Below, piece by piece: positions 1 to 8,520 of a stretch of DNA of 18,425 nt. The DNA is taken from NCBI GenBank assembly GCA_046583315.1, contig JAYGCN010000124.1:1-18425 (forward strand). Direction: 5' to 3'. The notes beneath the pieces are model-generated. The model had not been told where the DNA came from and made no database searches. It saw only the letters and a program-made list of their open reading frames with translations. A program made the position numbers and the translations under genes. How positions within the stretch are numbered: the first letter of the stretch is position 1; each line of letters begins with the position of its first letter. Origin of the DNA: Candidatus Hydrogenedentota bacterium (GTDB lineage: Bacteria > Hydrogenedentota > Hydrogenedentia > Hydrogenedentales > GCA-2746185).

Positions 1-445
1 TAATGCTCGCCTAAAAGTGGGTAGCTTATCTGGTGGATGGTACCACAGTTCAAGTTAGTATAGCGTGGAGCTTGTTGTTTGTGGAATCCTTGGGAAGGAG
101 CACTGATTCCGGGGCTGGACAACAGTCTAATTACCAGAATCCATCCCAGACTCATCAATCAGCCTAGTACCCTCAGCAACATCTATCTCCACACCGTGGG
201 GTCGAAAAACTCAGCCCAATCCCAAAACGAACTAAAACGAGAGTCAGAATTAGGCGGAAATGTTGAATCAGGAGACGAAATCGGTTAGTTTGTACGGAAA
301 TCTATTGTTCGGTCAAAAATTCAAATTTGACTGTCAATATTGAGCAAAAGTCGTCGGCTATAATAATAACACCCCCAATTCTGGCTCGCCACACATTCGG
401 ACGATCAGAATACGTCAAATTGACCCATGAGAATATAGCCCTTAG

Positions 446-693
446 TCACCATCTCAATGTATTCAATGGGAACCCGAATCGCCTGAAGTTGAAGGAACGT
501 GACAGGTTACCCGTCACAGTCCAGTAAGACTCGGCTAAGGGGGGCTTGCACCTTCAAAATCTTCGACGAACGGCAGGGTCGCACTCTGAGCATACGCTGT
601 AAATCCCGCAAGCAGAAAGAGGCCAGCTATGAACACCTTGGCTACAAGAAATTTCTTCAAGTACCACGAACGATTCGTTAATGAATAGTTCAA
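446..693 (-). pseudogene. Remnant of a secreted protein (signal peptide plus 'LPFVEDFE' N-terminus), frameshifted and truncated
   Basis: The minus-strand frame 693..535 reads MNYSLTNRSWYLKKFLVAKVFIAGLFLLAGFTAYA-QSATLPFVEDFEGASPP*. It has a basic n-region, hydrophobic core and AYA cleavage site. Adding one base to the G6 run at 539-544 continues it as LAESYWTVTGN... to TGA at 448..446. Not in the ORF track. Confidence 0.45.
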
Positions 694-962
694 CTCTCCG
701 GCAAAGAACACGAAGTAGAACCCCCAAATACATCCACGCCAACCAGATCCTGAAACGATACCGACGCTCCGAAAGTGTCTCTACACGGGTCCCCTTGCGC
801 GACTGTAAGCCAGATAACGAGACTCTTTTACCGCATGTTGTGAACTTTGTCAACTATCGCTTGGTACAGTAATCAAAATTCACGGAGCGTCGAATTTGCT
901 CGCCCCGATATTTCCACTTGAAGGACACACAAAGGTGATGAAATTCTCATTAAGATCATTTC

Positions 963-992
963 TTGACCGCGCTACGGGCTTCGTATTACCAT
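963..992 (+). promoter_or_regulatory. Candidate sigma70 promoter for the AAA+ ATPase
   Basis: TTGACC (963-968), 18-nt spacer, TACCAT (987-992), about 45 nt upstream of ATG 1038. Confidence 0.3.
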
Positions 993-1037
993 GAACGTGA
1001 TGGGGAGATTTTTACACTTTAATTGATAGGGGTTCTC

Positions 1038-2354
1038 ATGGTAAATGTGTTGGGTATTGTCGAAGAGGATCAGTCCGAACCTCGGTTGATCGAGATTGGT
1101 GGGGTAGTGGCACCTGCGGCTCCGTCAAGTTTTGATGACTGCGGCATCGGGCGCCAGAATCTGCTTGCACTGTGCCTGAAACATGCATTCACGGTTCAAC
1201 AATTCACCACCGAGTGGATGATTGAGAAACTCTGTATTCCACAGGCAATGGCGATGGATCTGCTTGACGAGTTGAAACAGGAACGGCTCATCGAGATACT
1301 GGGTGAGTCAGGGACGCTCACGTACGTATTTACGATTTCGAAACTGGGTCGTGAGTCGGCTATGCGGATGATGGAAATCTCGGGCTACATTGGGCCAGCT
1401 CCGGTTACGTTGGAAGATTATACATCCGCCCTGAATTGGCAGGTCGAACATTTCGAGACCGTCACGGCTGATGAAACAGCGGCTGCGCTGTCCGAACTGG
1501 TTCTCTCCGATGATGCGAGACAAGTAATTGGCTTGGCGCTCATGTCACAGCGCTCCTTGTTCGTCCATGGGCCACCGGGCAACGGGAAGACAAGCGTCGG
1601 TCGTCTGCTACACGATGCGTTCCGAGGACACCTCTGGATACCCCATGCCATCTCAGTGGGACGCAACATCATTCGGTTGTTCGATCCCCAATGCCACAAG
1701 TCCGCACCGGTTGATCTTTCACACGACGAATCGCGACAAGTTGATCTTCGGTGGATTCGAATTGAGAGACCCTTCATTGTGGTCGGCGGCGAACTGACCA
1801 TAGAAGCGCTTGATCTTGGACATGATTCCGGATCGAATTTTTACGAAGCCCCGCTTCACCTGAAAGCGAATGGCGGAACATTTCTGCTTGACGATTTCGG
1901 CCGACAGCGCGTCGAACCGAGCCGACTGCTCAACCGCTGGATTATTCCGCTCGAACATCAGGTCGATTACTTGACCTTGAGGTCGGGACAGAAAGTTCAG
2001 GTGCCGCTGCGACACATGCTTGTCATCTCGACGAGCCTCGACCCGGATACCGTAGTCGACCCGGCATTCATACGTCGAATCGGTTATCGACTCTTTCTCG
2101 GAAATCCAACGGCGGAGCATTATAGTCAGATTTTCGAACAATACGTGGCAAGCCGCGGCGACTCAGTGACACCCGGTACGCTGGAGCATCTGCTCAAGCG
2201 TTACGACGATGCTGGGCGTTCGTTCAGAAGCAGTGAACCCGGAGAACTTATCGAGCGCGCGCGGGACATCTGCCGCTATCAAAATAAGCCGATGGAGTTG
2301 AATGTCGAAATCGTCGATCAGGCGTGGCGGGGCTACTTCGGTGAGCGTCAATAA
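1038..2354 (+). CDS. AAA+ family ATPase (uncharacterised 'predicted ATPase with chaperone activity' type)
   Basis: Walker A GPPGNGKT, Walker B FLLDDFGRQ, plus GGELT, LLNRWIIPLE and DPAFIRRI (arginine finger region). ATG 1038 follows AGGGG and is preferred over TTG 1023; 438 aa. Confidence 0.85.
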   Translation: MVNVLGIVEEDQSEPRLIEIGGVVAPAAPSSFDDCGIGRQNLLALCLKHAFTVQQFTTEWMIEKLCIPQAMAMDLLDELKQERLIEILGESGTLTYVFTISKLGRESAMRMMEISGYIGPAPVTLEDYTSALNWQVEHFETVTADETAAALSELVLSDDARQVIGLALMSQRSLFVHGPPGNGKTSVGRLLHDAFRGHLWIPHAISVGRNIIRLFDPQCHKSAPVDLSHDESRQVDLRWIRIERPFIVVGGELTIEALDLGHDSGSNFYEAPLHLKANGGTFLLDDFGRQRVEPSRLLNRWIIPLEHQVDYLTLRSGQKVQVPLRHMLVISTSLDPDTVVDPAFIRRIGYRLFLGNPTAEHYSQIFEQYVASRGDSVTPGTLEHLLKRYDDAGRSFRSSEPGELIERARDICRYQNKPMELNVEIVDQAWRGYFGERQ

Positions 2355-2364
2355 CTGGGCCCTG

Positions 2365-2712
2365 TTACGCGTGGACTGGACAGAACCATTCGAGCTGGTC
2401 GGCCGCATCGAATTGTAAATCGCAAGGTCCATCCAACACTTCGGCATTGCAGTGTGCCTGCGCAATCGGGAGTACGGCTTCGGATACGAAGACCTCGGCA
2501 CAGTCGTTGGTATTGCGAATGCCGACGATGCGCGGGCCTTCTGGGCGCGGCCTCAGCACGCTCATCGCCGCACCGAACATGTCCCGATCGTTCTTCCGCA
2601 GTAGCGGCATGCTCGCGGCGTTGGGCGCAAAGGCCGTCAACGCGTTCAGTTGCGTCTTATAATGATCCACCTGCGCCGCGCAGATCTCCGTCGAGAAATC
2701 AAACAGTCCCAC
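2365..2712 (-). pseudogene. C-terminal fragment resembling lactate-racemase-domain (LarA-like/DUF2088-DUF362-type) proteins
   Basis: GLFDF...NALTA..P...MP...NDR....A.....RIVGIRNT....VFVSEAVL matches my recollection of the C-terminus of that family. An in-frame TGA lies just upstream, there is no RBS, and the start overlaps the broken ABC gene. Confidence 0.5.
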
Positions 2713-3029
2713 TGCTCAAAATATGATGCATGTAACTCCATCGCTTCCCCGAGTCGCATCCAATTCGGCAACGCCATTTCATCAGCGATATAGGCGATAC
2801 ACGATCGCGTTTCCTGCGGCATCCCTACCGGATCGACCCCAAAAACACGCACCGTGCCTTCATTCGGAATCAAGGCGCCCATCATCATTTTGATGCTCGT
2901 GGTTTTACCGCTGCCGTTTTCTCCCAGCAATCCATAGACGCTGCCCTTGGGTACCGATAGACTCAGCCCCCTCACAGCCGGTGTGGCACCAAAGAAGCGA
3001 ACCACGTTTTCCATTTCAATGACATTCAT
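2646..3029 (-). pseudogene. ABC transporter ATP-binding protein (YtrB/CcmA-like), 3'-truncated
   Basis: Walker A GENGSGKTT and Q-loop region (IAYIADE) are present. Similarity ends at YFEQWD (about 2706); no signature motif, Walker B or H-loop. Starts 3 nt after the GntR stop. Confidence 0.85.
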
Positions 3030-3032
3030 TCC

Positions 3033-3452
3033 TCATCGTCTCCTTTTTGGTTCTTGGCTGGTATCGTCTATGGCCCCATACAGGGCATCGATCTCCTGGG
3101 AAATCATTTGCAGCAAGTCACGGGAATCGACATCCAGCCTTCCCGCTTCCACCACCAGCTTGCGAATTCCATCCTGAATCCGACGCTGTTTTTCTTTCTT
3201 GGTCAACCCGCTTCCCCGAAGGGCAATAAACGTGCCCTTGCCGCGTTGCGTGAAGATGATCCCCTCCGACTCAAGTTGGCGGTATACGCGCGCCACCGTC
3301 GTGGGGTTCAGTTTTAGTTCAGAAGCCAAGCCGCGCACCGACGGAATTTTTTCGTTCCCCTTCAAGGCACCGGAAATCGCCAGATACTTGATCTGCTCCA
3401 CGATCTGCTGCGAAATCGGCTCGCCTGAATTATGGTCGATGTGAATATACAT
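3033..3452 (-). CDS. GntR family transcriptional regulator, YtrA subfamily
   Basis: PISQQIVEQIK...IPSVRGLASELKLNPTTVARVYRQLESEG...RGKGTFI winged HTH with a short C-terminal domain, directly upstream of an ABC ATPase. ATG at 3452 with RBS AAGGA; 139 aa. Confidence 0.92.
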   Translation of the reverse strand: MYIHIDHNSGEPISQQIVEQIKYLAISGALKGNEKIPSVRGLASELKLNPTTVARVYRQLESEGIIFTQRGKGTFIALRGSGLTKKEKQRRIQDGIRKLVVEAGRLDVDSRDLLQMISQEIDALYGAIDDTSQEPKRRR

Positions 3453-3464
3453 GCAATCCTTTAC

Positions 3465-3494
3465 TGTACACACTAATACCATACACTGTGAACA
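3465..3494. promoter_or_regulatory. Candidate autoregulatory operator of the YtrA-type regulator
   Basis: Inverted repeat TGTACACA-N14-TGTGAACA (one mismatch) just upstream of the GntR RBS. YtrA-subfamily operators are long TGTA...TACA-type palindromes before their own operon. Confidence 0.5.
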
Positions 3495-3648
3495 CGTGCC
3501 TGTAAAGAAAAAATTTCGACTCAACTCAAAAATTGTCCATTGCATAGCTGGGCGTGGCTACATAGACTTTGCACGTACGCTCTATTTATCCTCCCGACCC
3601 CGCCGAAATTACGTATTCTGGCCGAATCTTCACCAAATTTCACCCGAT

Positions 3649-3677
3649 TTGCCATTGCAACCGAAAATTGTTACCAT
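3649..3677 (+). promoter_or_regulatory. Candidate sigma70 promoter of the pqq operon
   Basis: TTGCCA (3649-3654), 17-nt spacer, TACCAT (3672-3677), with extended -10 TG at 3669-3670; about 90 nt upstream of pqqA. Confidence 0.45.
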
Positions 3678-3764
3678 CTGTCTAATTATTGTGTCGCTAA
3701 GGGCACAGTGTTTACCGCGACATTGCCAACGTAATGTCTGACAAACGTACTGGAGGAATCATCA

Positions 3765-3884
3765 ATGAGTTGGGAAAAACCTAAGTTCCACGATATTTCA
3801 CTTGCTATGGAATGCTCGTCGTACGCCAACACGGACGACTTCGAAGTACAGGAAATTCCATCCGATCCTTCGAGCGATTTTTAG
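3765..3884 (+). CDS. pqqA: PQQ precursor peptide PqqA
   Basis: Manual translation: MSWEKPKFHDISLAMECSSYANTDDFEVQEIPSDPSSDF* (39 aa). It has the MxWxKP leader and ExxxY core (ECSSY), RBS GGAGG at 3752-3756, and lies 22 nt upstream of pqqB. Confidence 0.95.
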   Translation: MSWEKPKFHDISLAMECSSYANTDDFEVQEIPSDPSSDF

Positions 3885-3906
3885 TTCGACCTGCTCGTAA
3901 TCGAGT

Positions 3907-4830
3907 ATGAAAATACGCATTTTAGGGGCAGCGGCAGGCGGAGGTTTACCTCAATGGAACTGTCGCTGTCCTAATTGTGTTTTGGTACGCCAGGACACTT
4001 CCGACATCTCTCCCCTGACCCAATCCAGCGTCGCGATTTCTTCCGACGGATCGGACTGGTATCTTCTCAACGTGTCTCCCGACATTCGTCAGCAGATCAT
4101 CGACTTTCCCGAGCTTACTCCTCCGGGCGATGAATCACGTGCGACAGGAATCGCCGGCTGCGTCTTGACCGATGCGGAACTGGATCACACGTCGGGCCTT
4201 CTCTTTTTGCGCGAGGGCACCTTGTATCAAATGTACTCCACGCCAACCGTGCGCAACTGGCTCAAGAATGACTTTCCGATTGAGCCGTTACTCTCCGCTT
4301 TTCGTCCACGTCCCTGGAAGGATCTTTCCTACGACTCGGCTATCAATCTGACTTCTGTCGACGGCCGCTCAAGTAATCTCTGGCTGGAAACCATCGACCT
4401 CGATCCGCATCCCCCACTTTATGTGCGCGATCAAGAAGCCGACGCGCGGGGATCCGTTGTCGCCTTCCTCGTGGAAGATACCAAGACAGGCGGAAAGTTT
4501 CTCTATGCGCCGGGTGTTGAAGCAATGTCAGACGAATTGGATGCCGCTGCCCAAAAGGCGGATATCGTCTTCTTCGACGGTACGTTCTGGACGCGCGACG
4601 AGATGATCGATCTGGGGCTCGGTACGCGCAACGCTGATGACATGGGTCACTGGCCTATCAGCGGAAAAGGCGGCTCCCTGAACTGGTTCAAGGGTCTTCC
4701 CGCCAAAACCAAAGTCTACTTTCACATTAACAATACGAACCCGATGTTGAATCGGACTTCCCCGGAGCGTAAGGTGCTTGCAAAAGCTGGCTTACAGGTC
4801 GGCAACGATGGCGACTTCTTCGAATCCTAA
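3907..4830 (+). CDS. pqqB: PQQ biosynthesis protein PqqB (metallo-beta-lactamase fold)
   Basis: LGAAAGGGLPQWNCRCPNC, TQSSVA, SPDIRQQI, DGTFW, MGH and HINNTNP motifs; operon context. Confidence 0.97.
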   Translation: MKIRILGAAAGGGLPQWNCRCPNCVLVRQDTSDISPLTQSSVAISSDGSDWYLLNVSPDIRQQIIDFPELTPPGDESRATGIAGCVLTDAELDHTSGLLFLREGTLYQMYSTPTVRNWLKNDFPIEPLLSAFRPRPWKDLSYDSAINLTSVDGRSSNLWLETIDLDPHPPLYVRDQEADARGSVVAFLVEDTKTGGKFLYAPGVEAMSDELDAAAQKADIVFFDGTFWTRDEMIDLGLGTRNADDMGHWPISGKGGSLNWFKGLPAKTKVYFHINNTNPMLNRTSPERKVLAKAGLQVGNDGDFFES

Positions 4831-4908
4831 GGGAACTCCCGTAACGAATGGCGGGTTCCAATCGACGCGACTGTACTTTCTGATTTATCCGAACATGGAG
4901 ACCCCATA

Positions 4909-5622
4909 ATGGAACGCTGGTCCACCGAGGAATTTACCGCACGACTGCGACAGGTCGGCACGGATCAATACCACGACAAACATCCCTTTCACGAGCTCAT
5001 GAACCACGGCAAACTCAATGAAGACCAATTGCGGACGTGGTGCGTTAACCGGATGTATTACCAGAAAACCATTCCGATTAAGGACGCGATCCTTCTATCC
5101 AAGATTCCCCATCGTGACATTCGGCAGACCTGGGTTCAGCGCATCATCGATCACGACGGCACGCCGGAGAAGGTCGGTGGCATTGAGTTATGGTTCGTGA
5201 TGGGTGAAGCCATGGGACTCTCGCGCGAGAAGGACATGATCGACGAGAACCTGCTTCCGGGAACGAAGTATGCCGTGGATGCCTATCTCGACTTCGTGCG
5301 CACGAAACCGTGGTTCATCGGAATCGCCTCGTCGCTCACCGAACTCTTCGCGCCAAAACTGCACAAGATTCGCCTCGCTGCTTTCGAAAAACATTACACG
5401 TGGATCGATCCCTCCGCTCTCGAGTACATGCGTATTCGGCTGAGTCAGGCCACGCGCGATTGCGATCACGGCCTTGCGGTCACGTTGAAATACTGCAATA
5501 CACCCGAACTTCAGCGCGAAGCGGTCGCCGCGGTCCAGTTCAAATGCAATTTGCTCTGGTCTCAACTTGACGCGCTTTATTACCATTTCGAGTGCCCCAC
5601 GCGCGCGGTGTTGGAAAAATGA
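4909..5622 (+). CDS. pqqC: Pyrroloquinoline-quinone synthase PqqC
   Basis: YHDKHPFH, NRMYYQ..IPIKDA, RIIDHDG, SSLTELFAP and FKCNLLWSQLDAL motifs; RBS GGAG. Confidence 0.97.
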   Translation: MERWSTEEFTARLRQVGTDQYHDKHPFHELMNHGKLNEDQLRTWCVNRMYYQKTIPIKDAILLSKIPHRDIRQTWVQRIIDHDGTPEKVGGIELWFVMGEAMGLSREKDMIDENLLPGTKYAVDAYLDFVRTKPWFIGIASSLTELFAPKLHKIRLAAFEKHYTWIDPSALEYMRIRLSQATRDCDHGLAVTLKYCNTPELQREAVAAVQFKCNLLWSQLDALYYHFECPTRAVLEK

Positions 5623-5897
5623 GTAACACGTTTCAGGTCGACAGGCCTCAATTGGTGTCGTTTGCACGATACCGATGGGACAAGATTCGCGAGCAACATC
5701 AGATCGTGTATCCTGAAGGGGTGTTGGTGCTGAACGAGACCGGTACGCATATCGTAAAACTGCTCGACGGCCGCTCGTTTGATGAACTCTGCACCGAGCT
5801 CAGCGCGCTTTTCGGAGGGGCGGATGTCGCTGCCGATGTACTCGAATATTTGGAAGAACTCTACAACCATGGACTATTGACTGATGCCACCGCTTAG
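5619..5897 (+). CDS. pqqD: PQQ biosynthesis peptide chaperone PqqD (RRE domain)
   Basis: RWDKIREQHQIVYPEGVLVLNETGTHIVKLLDG...DVLEYLEEL. ATG 5619 overlaps the pqqC stop (ATGA); 92 aa. Confidence 0.93.
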   Translation: MSNTFQVDRPQLVSFARYRWDKIREQHQIVYPEGVLVLNETGTHIVKLLDGRSFDELCTELSALFGGADVAADVLEYLEELYNHGLLTDATA

Positions 5898-6963
5898 ACC
5901 CATGTCGCTGTGCGCCGAACTCACTTACAAATGCCCGTTGCGCTGCGCCTATTGCAGTAACCCACTGCACATGGCGCAATACGCCGACGAACTTGATACG
6001 GATCACTGGAAACGTGTGCTTCAACAGGCAGCGGAGTTGGGCGTGATCCATGTTCATTTCTCCGGTGGCGAACCCATGTTGCGTCCCGACCTTCCCGAAC
6101 TTATCAAATTTGCCCGCGAGGTCGACCTCTATACAGACATCAGCACAAGTGCCTTCACAGCAACCCGCGAAAATTTGCAGGAATTGCGCGATGCCGGATT
6201 GGACTCCATCCAGATAAGCCTGCTGGATTCTCAACAGGAAGGCAACGACTTAATCGCGGGCACGCCAAGTTTCGACAAGAAATGCGACGCGGTTCAACAG
6301 GCCAAAGAAATCGGATTTCCCGTCACCCTCAACGTAGTTCTGCATCGGCACAATTTGGACCGCATGCGCGATGCCCTGGACCTGGCGTGCGCATGGGGCG
6401 TCGAGCGAATCGAGCTCGCGCATGTGCAATACGTGGGTTGGGCCTTCGAGAATCGCGCGGCGCTACTCCCCACACGCGATCAGTTGACCCGCGCGAAAGA
6501 TATTGCCATCGAGTACGTCGAAAAAACACGCGGAAAAATGTTTGTCCTCCACGTATTGCCCGACTACTACCAAGCAAGACCCAAGGCGTGTCTCGCGGGA
6601 TGGGGAAATCAGTTTATTACCATCGCCCCCGATGGTGCCGTGTTGCCATGCCAGACCGCGCGCGAAATTCCCGGTCTCGAATTCCCGAACGTCATAGATG
6701 AATCCTTATCGGACATTTGGAACGATTCCGTCGTGTTCAATCAATTTCGCGGCACCGATTGGTTGCCTGAACCCTGCCAAAGCTGCGAACGCAGGGATAT
6801 TGATTTCGGGGGATGCCGTTGTCAGGCCTTTCTCATGACGGGCGATGCCACGCGGACCGATCCCGTCTGCGAACTCGCGCCGGATCACGAACTCATCATG
6901 AAAGCGATTGACGAAGCGTCGACGGTATCGACGGATTTTCAATATCGCACCGTGCGCGCCTGA
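5884..6963 (+). CDS. pqqE: Radical SAM/SPASM peptide cyclase PqqE
   Basis: AELTYKCPLRCAYCSNP (CxxxCxxC), SGGEP, RPKAC..GWG, SPASM cysteines PCQSC...DFGGCRCQA...DPVC; overlaps the pqqD 3' end. Confidence 0.97.
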   Translation: MPPLRPMSLCAELTYKCPLRCAYCSNPLHMAQYADELDTDHWKRVLQQAAELGVIHVHFSGGEPMLRPDLPELIKFAREVDLYTDISTSAFTATRENLQELRDAGLDSIQISLLDSQQEGNDLIAGTPSFDKKCDAVQQAKEIGFPVTLNVVLHRHNLDRMRDALDLACAWGVERIELAHVQYVGWAFENRAALLPTRDQLTRAKDIAIEYVEKTRGKMFVLHVLPDYYQARPKACLAGWGNQFITIAPDGAVLPCQTAREIPGLEFPNVIDESLSDIWNDSVVFNQFRGTDWLPEPCQSCERRDIDFGGCRCQAFLMTGDATRTDPVCELAPDHELIMKAIDEASTVSTDFQYRTVRA

Positions 6964-6964
6964 C

Positions 6965-8338
6965 GTGGACTCCACTACGAAGGCCCAAAGCGTCCATCGA
7001 AAGATTCTCGTTCTCGCGCTACCCACGGTCGCCTACAATCTCATCGAGATGGGGCTTGGCTTAACCGATCTCTACATGGTTCGCTCCTTCGGTTCAGCAG
7101 CGACAGCAGCACTCGGGATGAATCGCCAAATCCTGTTTCTCTTTGAAGCGATTATCCTGGCCGTATCCGTCGGTGTGGTCACGCTCATCAGCCAGAATCT
7201 GGCCCGGGGCGCAAAGGATGTAATCGAACGCGTCGTCGTGCAGAGTCTAACCCTGATCACCTTCCTGGCATTCGGCCTGGGCCTCTTTGGCTACTTCTCC
7301 TCCCCCATTTTCCTCGCGCTCACCCAGGCCTCTTCCGAAACAGCCGACTTTGCTGTTGGTTACTTAAAAATTTACTGCATCAGTCTGCCTTTCATGGCCA
7401 TCAACGCGGTCAGCGCGGCCGTTCTCCGTGCTTCAAAAAATCCGATGCTTCCCTTGAAGATAGCCATACTCATGGCCGTATTAAACGTCTCGCTGAATTA
7501 CGGCTTCATTCACGGCGTAGCAGGATTCCCCGAGCTTGGCGTAGAAGGCGCCGCAGTCGGCACACTCATCGTACGCGTTATCGGCGTGGTCTCATTCCTG
7601 ATAATTCTCATCAAATTCAGCCCGTCCACGCCGCTCATCATTTCCAAATCGTTACCCTTCGACTACCCGCTCATACAAAAGGTTCTCAAGGTCGGCGTAC
7701 CAATCGCAATCGCCAGCATCTACCGAAACGCCGCACGCGTCGTCTTTATCGCCATCGCCGGATTCAGCGTATACAGTGTATCCATGCACGCCGCCGTGGG
7801 ACTCGGACTTCAGATACGTCTCATAAGTGTATTGCCCGCGCTCGCGTTTCAGGTAGCTCTCGCGACACTCGTTGGGGATGCCATCGGTCGCGAAAAATTC
7901 GACGAAGCCCAAGACATCGGTCGGCGTGGCGTGTGGCTACTCGGCGCACTTATGTCTGTAGTCTGCGGCGGAATATTTCTGTGCTCAGGCCCAATCGCTC
8001 GCGCGTTCATCGTTAATCCCGATGACGTCGCCCTCGGCGCGACGGTGTTGCGATGGTTTAGCGTCGGGCAATTCTTCAGTACCCTCGCGATTGGTGCACA
8101 AGGCGCATTGATCGGCACAGGCGACACGAAACCTGTCGCGCGCATCATGTTCGTCACCCAATGGCTGATACTTGTGCCGCTGGCCTACGCGCTGTTGGTC
8201 CCTATGAACATCGATCCCAACGGCATTCTCATCGCGTGGATCGTGTCCCCCATCATCACCTTCGTGTTCATCTATCTTCGATTTCTAAGCGGAAAATGGA
8301 GAGCGGAAGCTGGCATAAAGGCGCCCAGCGGAGAATAA
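6965..8338 (+). CDS. MATE family efflux transporter (NorM/DinF-like)
   Basis: ILVLALP, TDLYMV, LNVSLNYGFIHG..GFPELGVEGAAVGT, LVGDAIG, GALIGTGDTK and terminal RFLSGKW; about 12 hydrophobic segments. Likely start is GTG 6965, 1 nt after the pqqE TGA; 457 aa. Confidence 0.92.
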   Translation: MDSTTKAQSVHRKILVLALPTVAYNLIEMGLGLTDLYMVRSFGSAATAALGMNRQILFLFEAIILAVSVGVVTLISQNLARGAKDVIERVVVQSLTLITFLAFGLGLFGYFSSPIFLALTQASSETADFAVGYLKIYCISLPFMAINAVSAAVLRASKNPMLPLKIAILMAVLNVSLNYGFIHGVAGFPELGVEGAAVGTLIVRVIGVVSFLIILIKFSPSTPLIISKSLPFDYPLIQKVLKVGVPIAIASIYRNAARVVFIAIAGFSVYSVSMHAAVGLGLQIRLISVLPALAFQVALATLVGDAIGREKFDEAQDIGRRGVWLLGALMSVVCGGIFLCSGPIARAFIVNPDDVALGATVLRWFSVGQFFSTLAIGAQGALIGTGDTKPVARIMFVTQWLILVPLAYALLVPMNIDPNGILIAWIVSPIITFVFIYLRFLSGKWRAEAGIKAPSGE

Positions 8339-8441
8339 ATATGACCAATAAATGGTGAATATAGCCATAAACCCTCAATATCCACGGACTCCATTATGTT
8401 GTAACTGACTGTTGATAAACAGGTTATGAAACATAAGGCTA

Positions 8442-8458
8442 TTGGCACAAAATCTGCT
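8442..8458 (+). promoter_or_regulatory. Candidate sigma54 (-24/-12) promoter
   Basis: TTGGCACAAAATCTGCT: GG (8444-8445), 10 nt, GC (8456-8457), close to the TGGCAC-N5-TTGCW consensus; about 60 nt upstream of ATG 8521. Confidence 0.6.
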
Positions 8459-8520
8459 GATTGTATTTAATATCCTTGCTGGTTCGACATTCAGCTATAC
8501 TGAGTCTGAGGAGAATAATT

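Noticed and set aside
79..872. Short ORFs 79..288, 327..527, 499..681, 554..853 and 681..872
   Set aside because: No recognisable motifs or RBS, and they overlap each other; probably spurious.
3700..3716. Sigma54-like site upstream of pqqA (GGGCACAGTGTTTAC)
   Set aside because: It has AC instead of the near-invariant GC at -12; a better sigma70-type match lies at 3649-3677.
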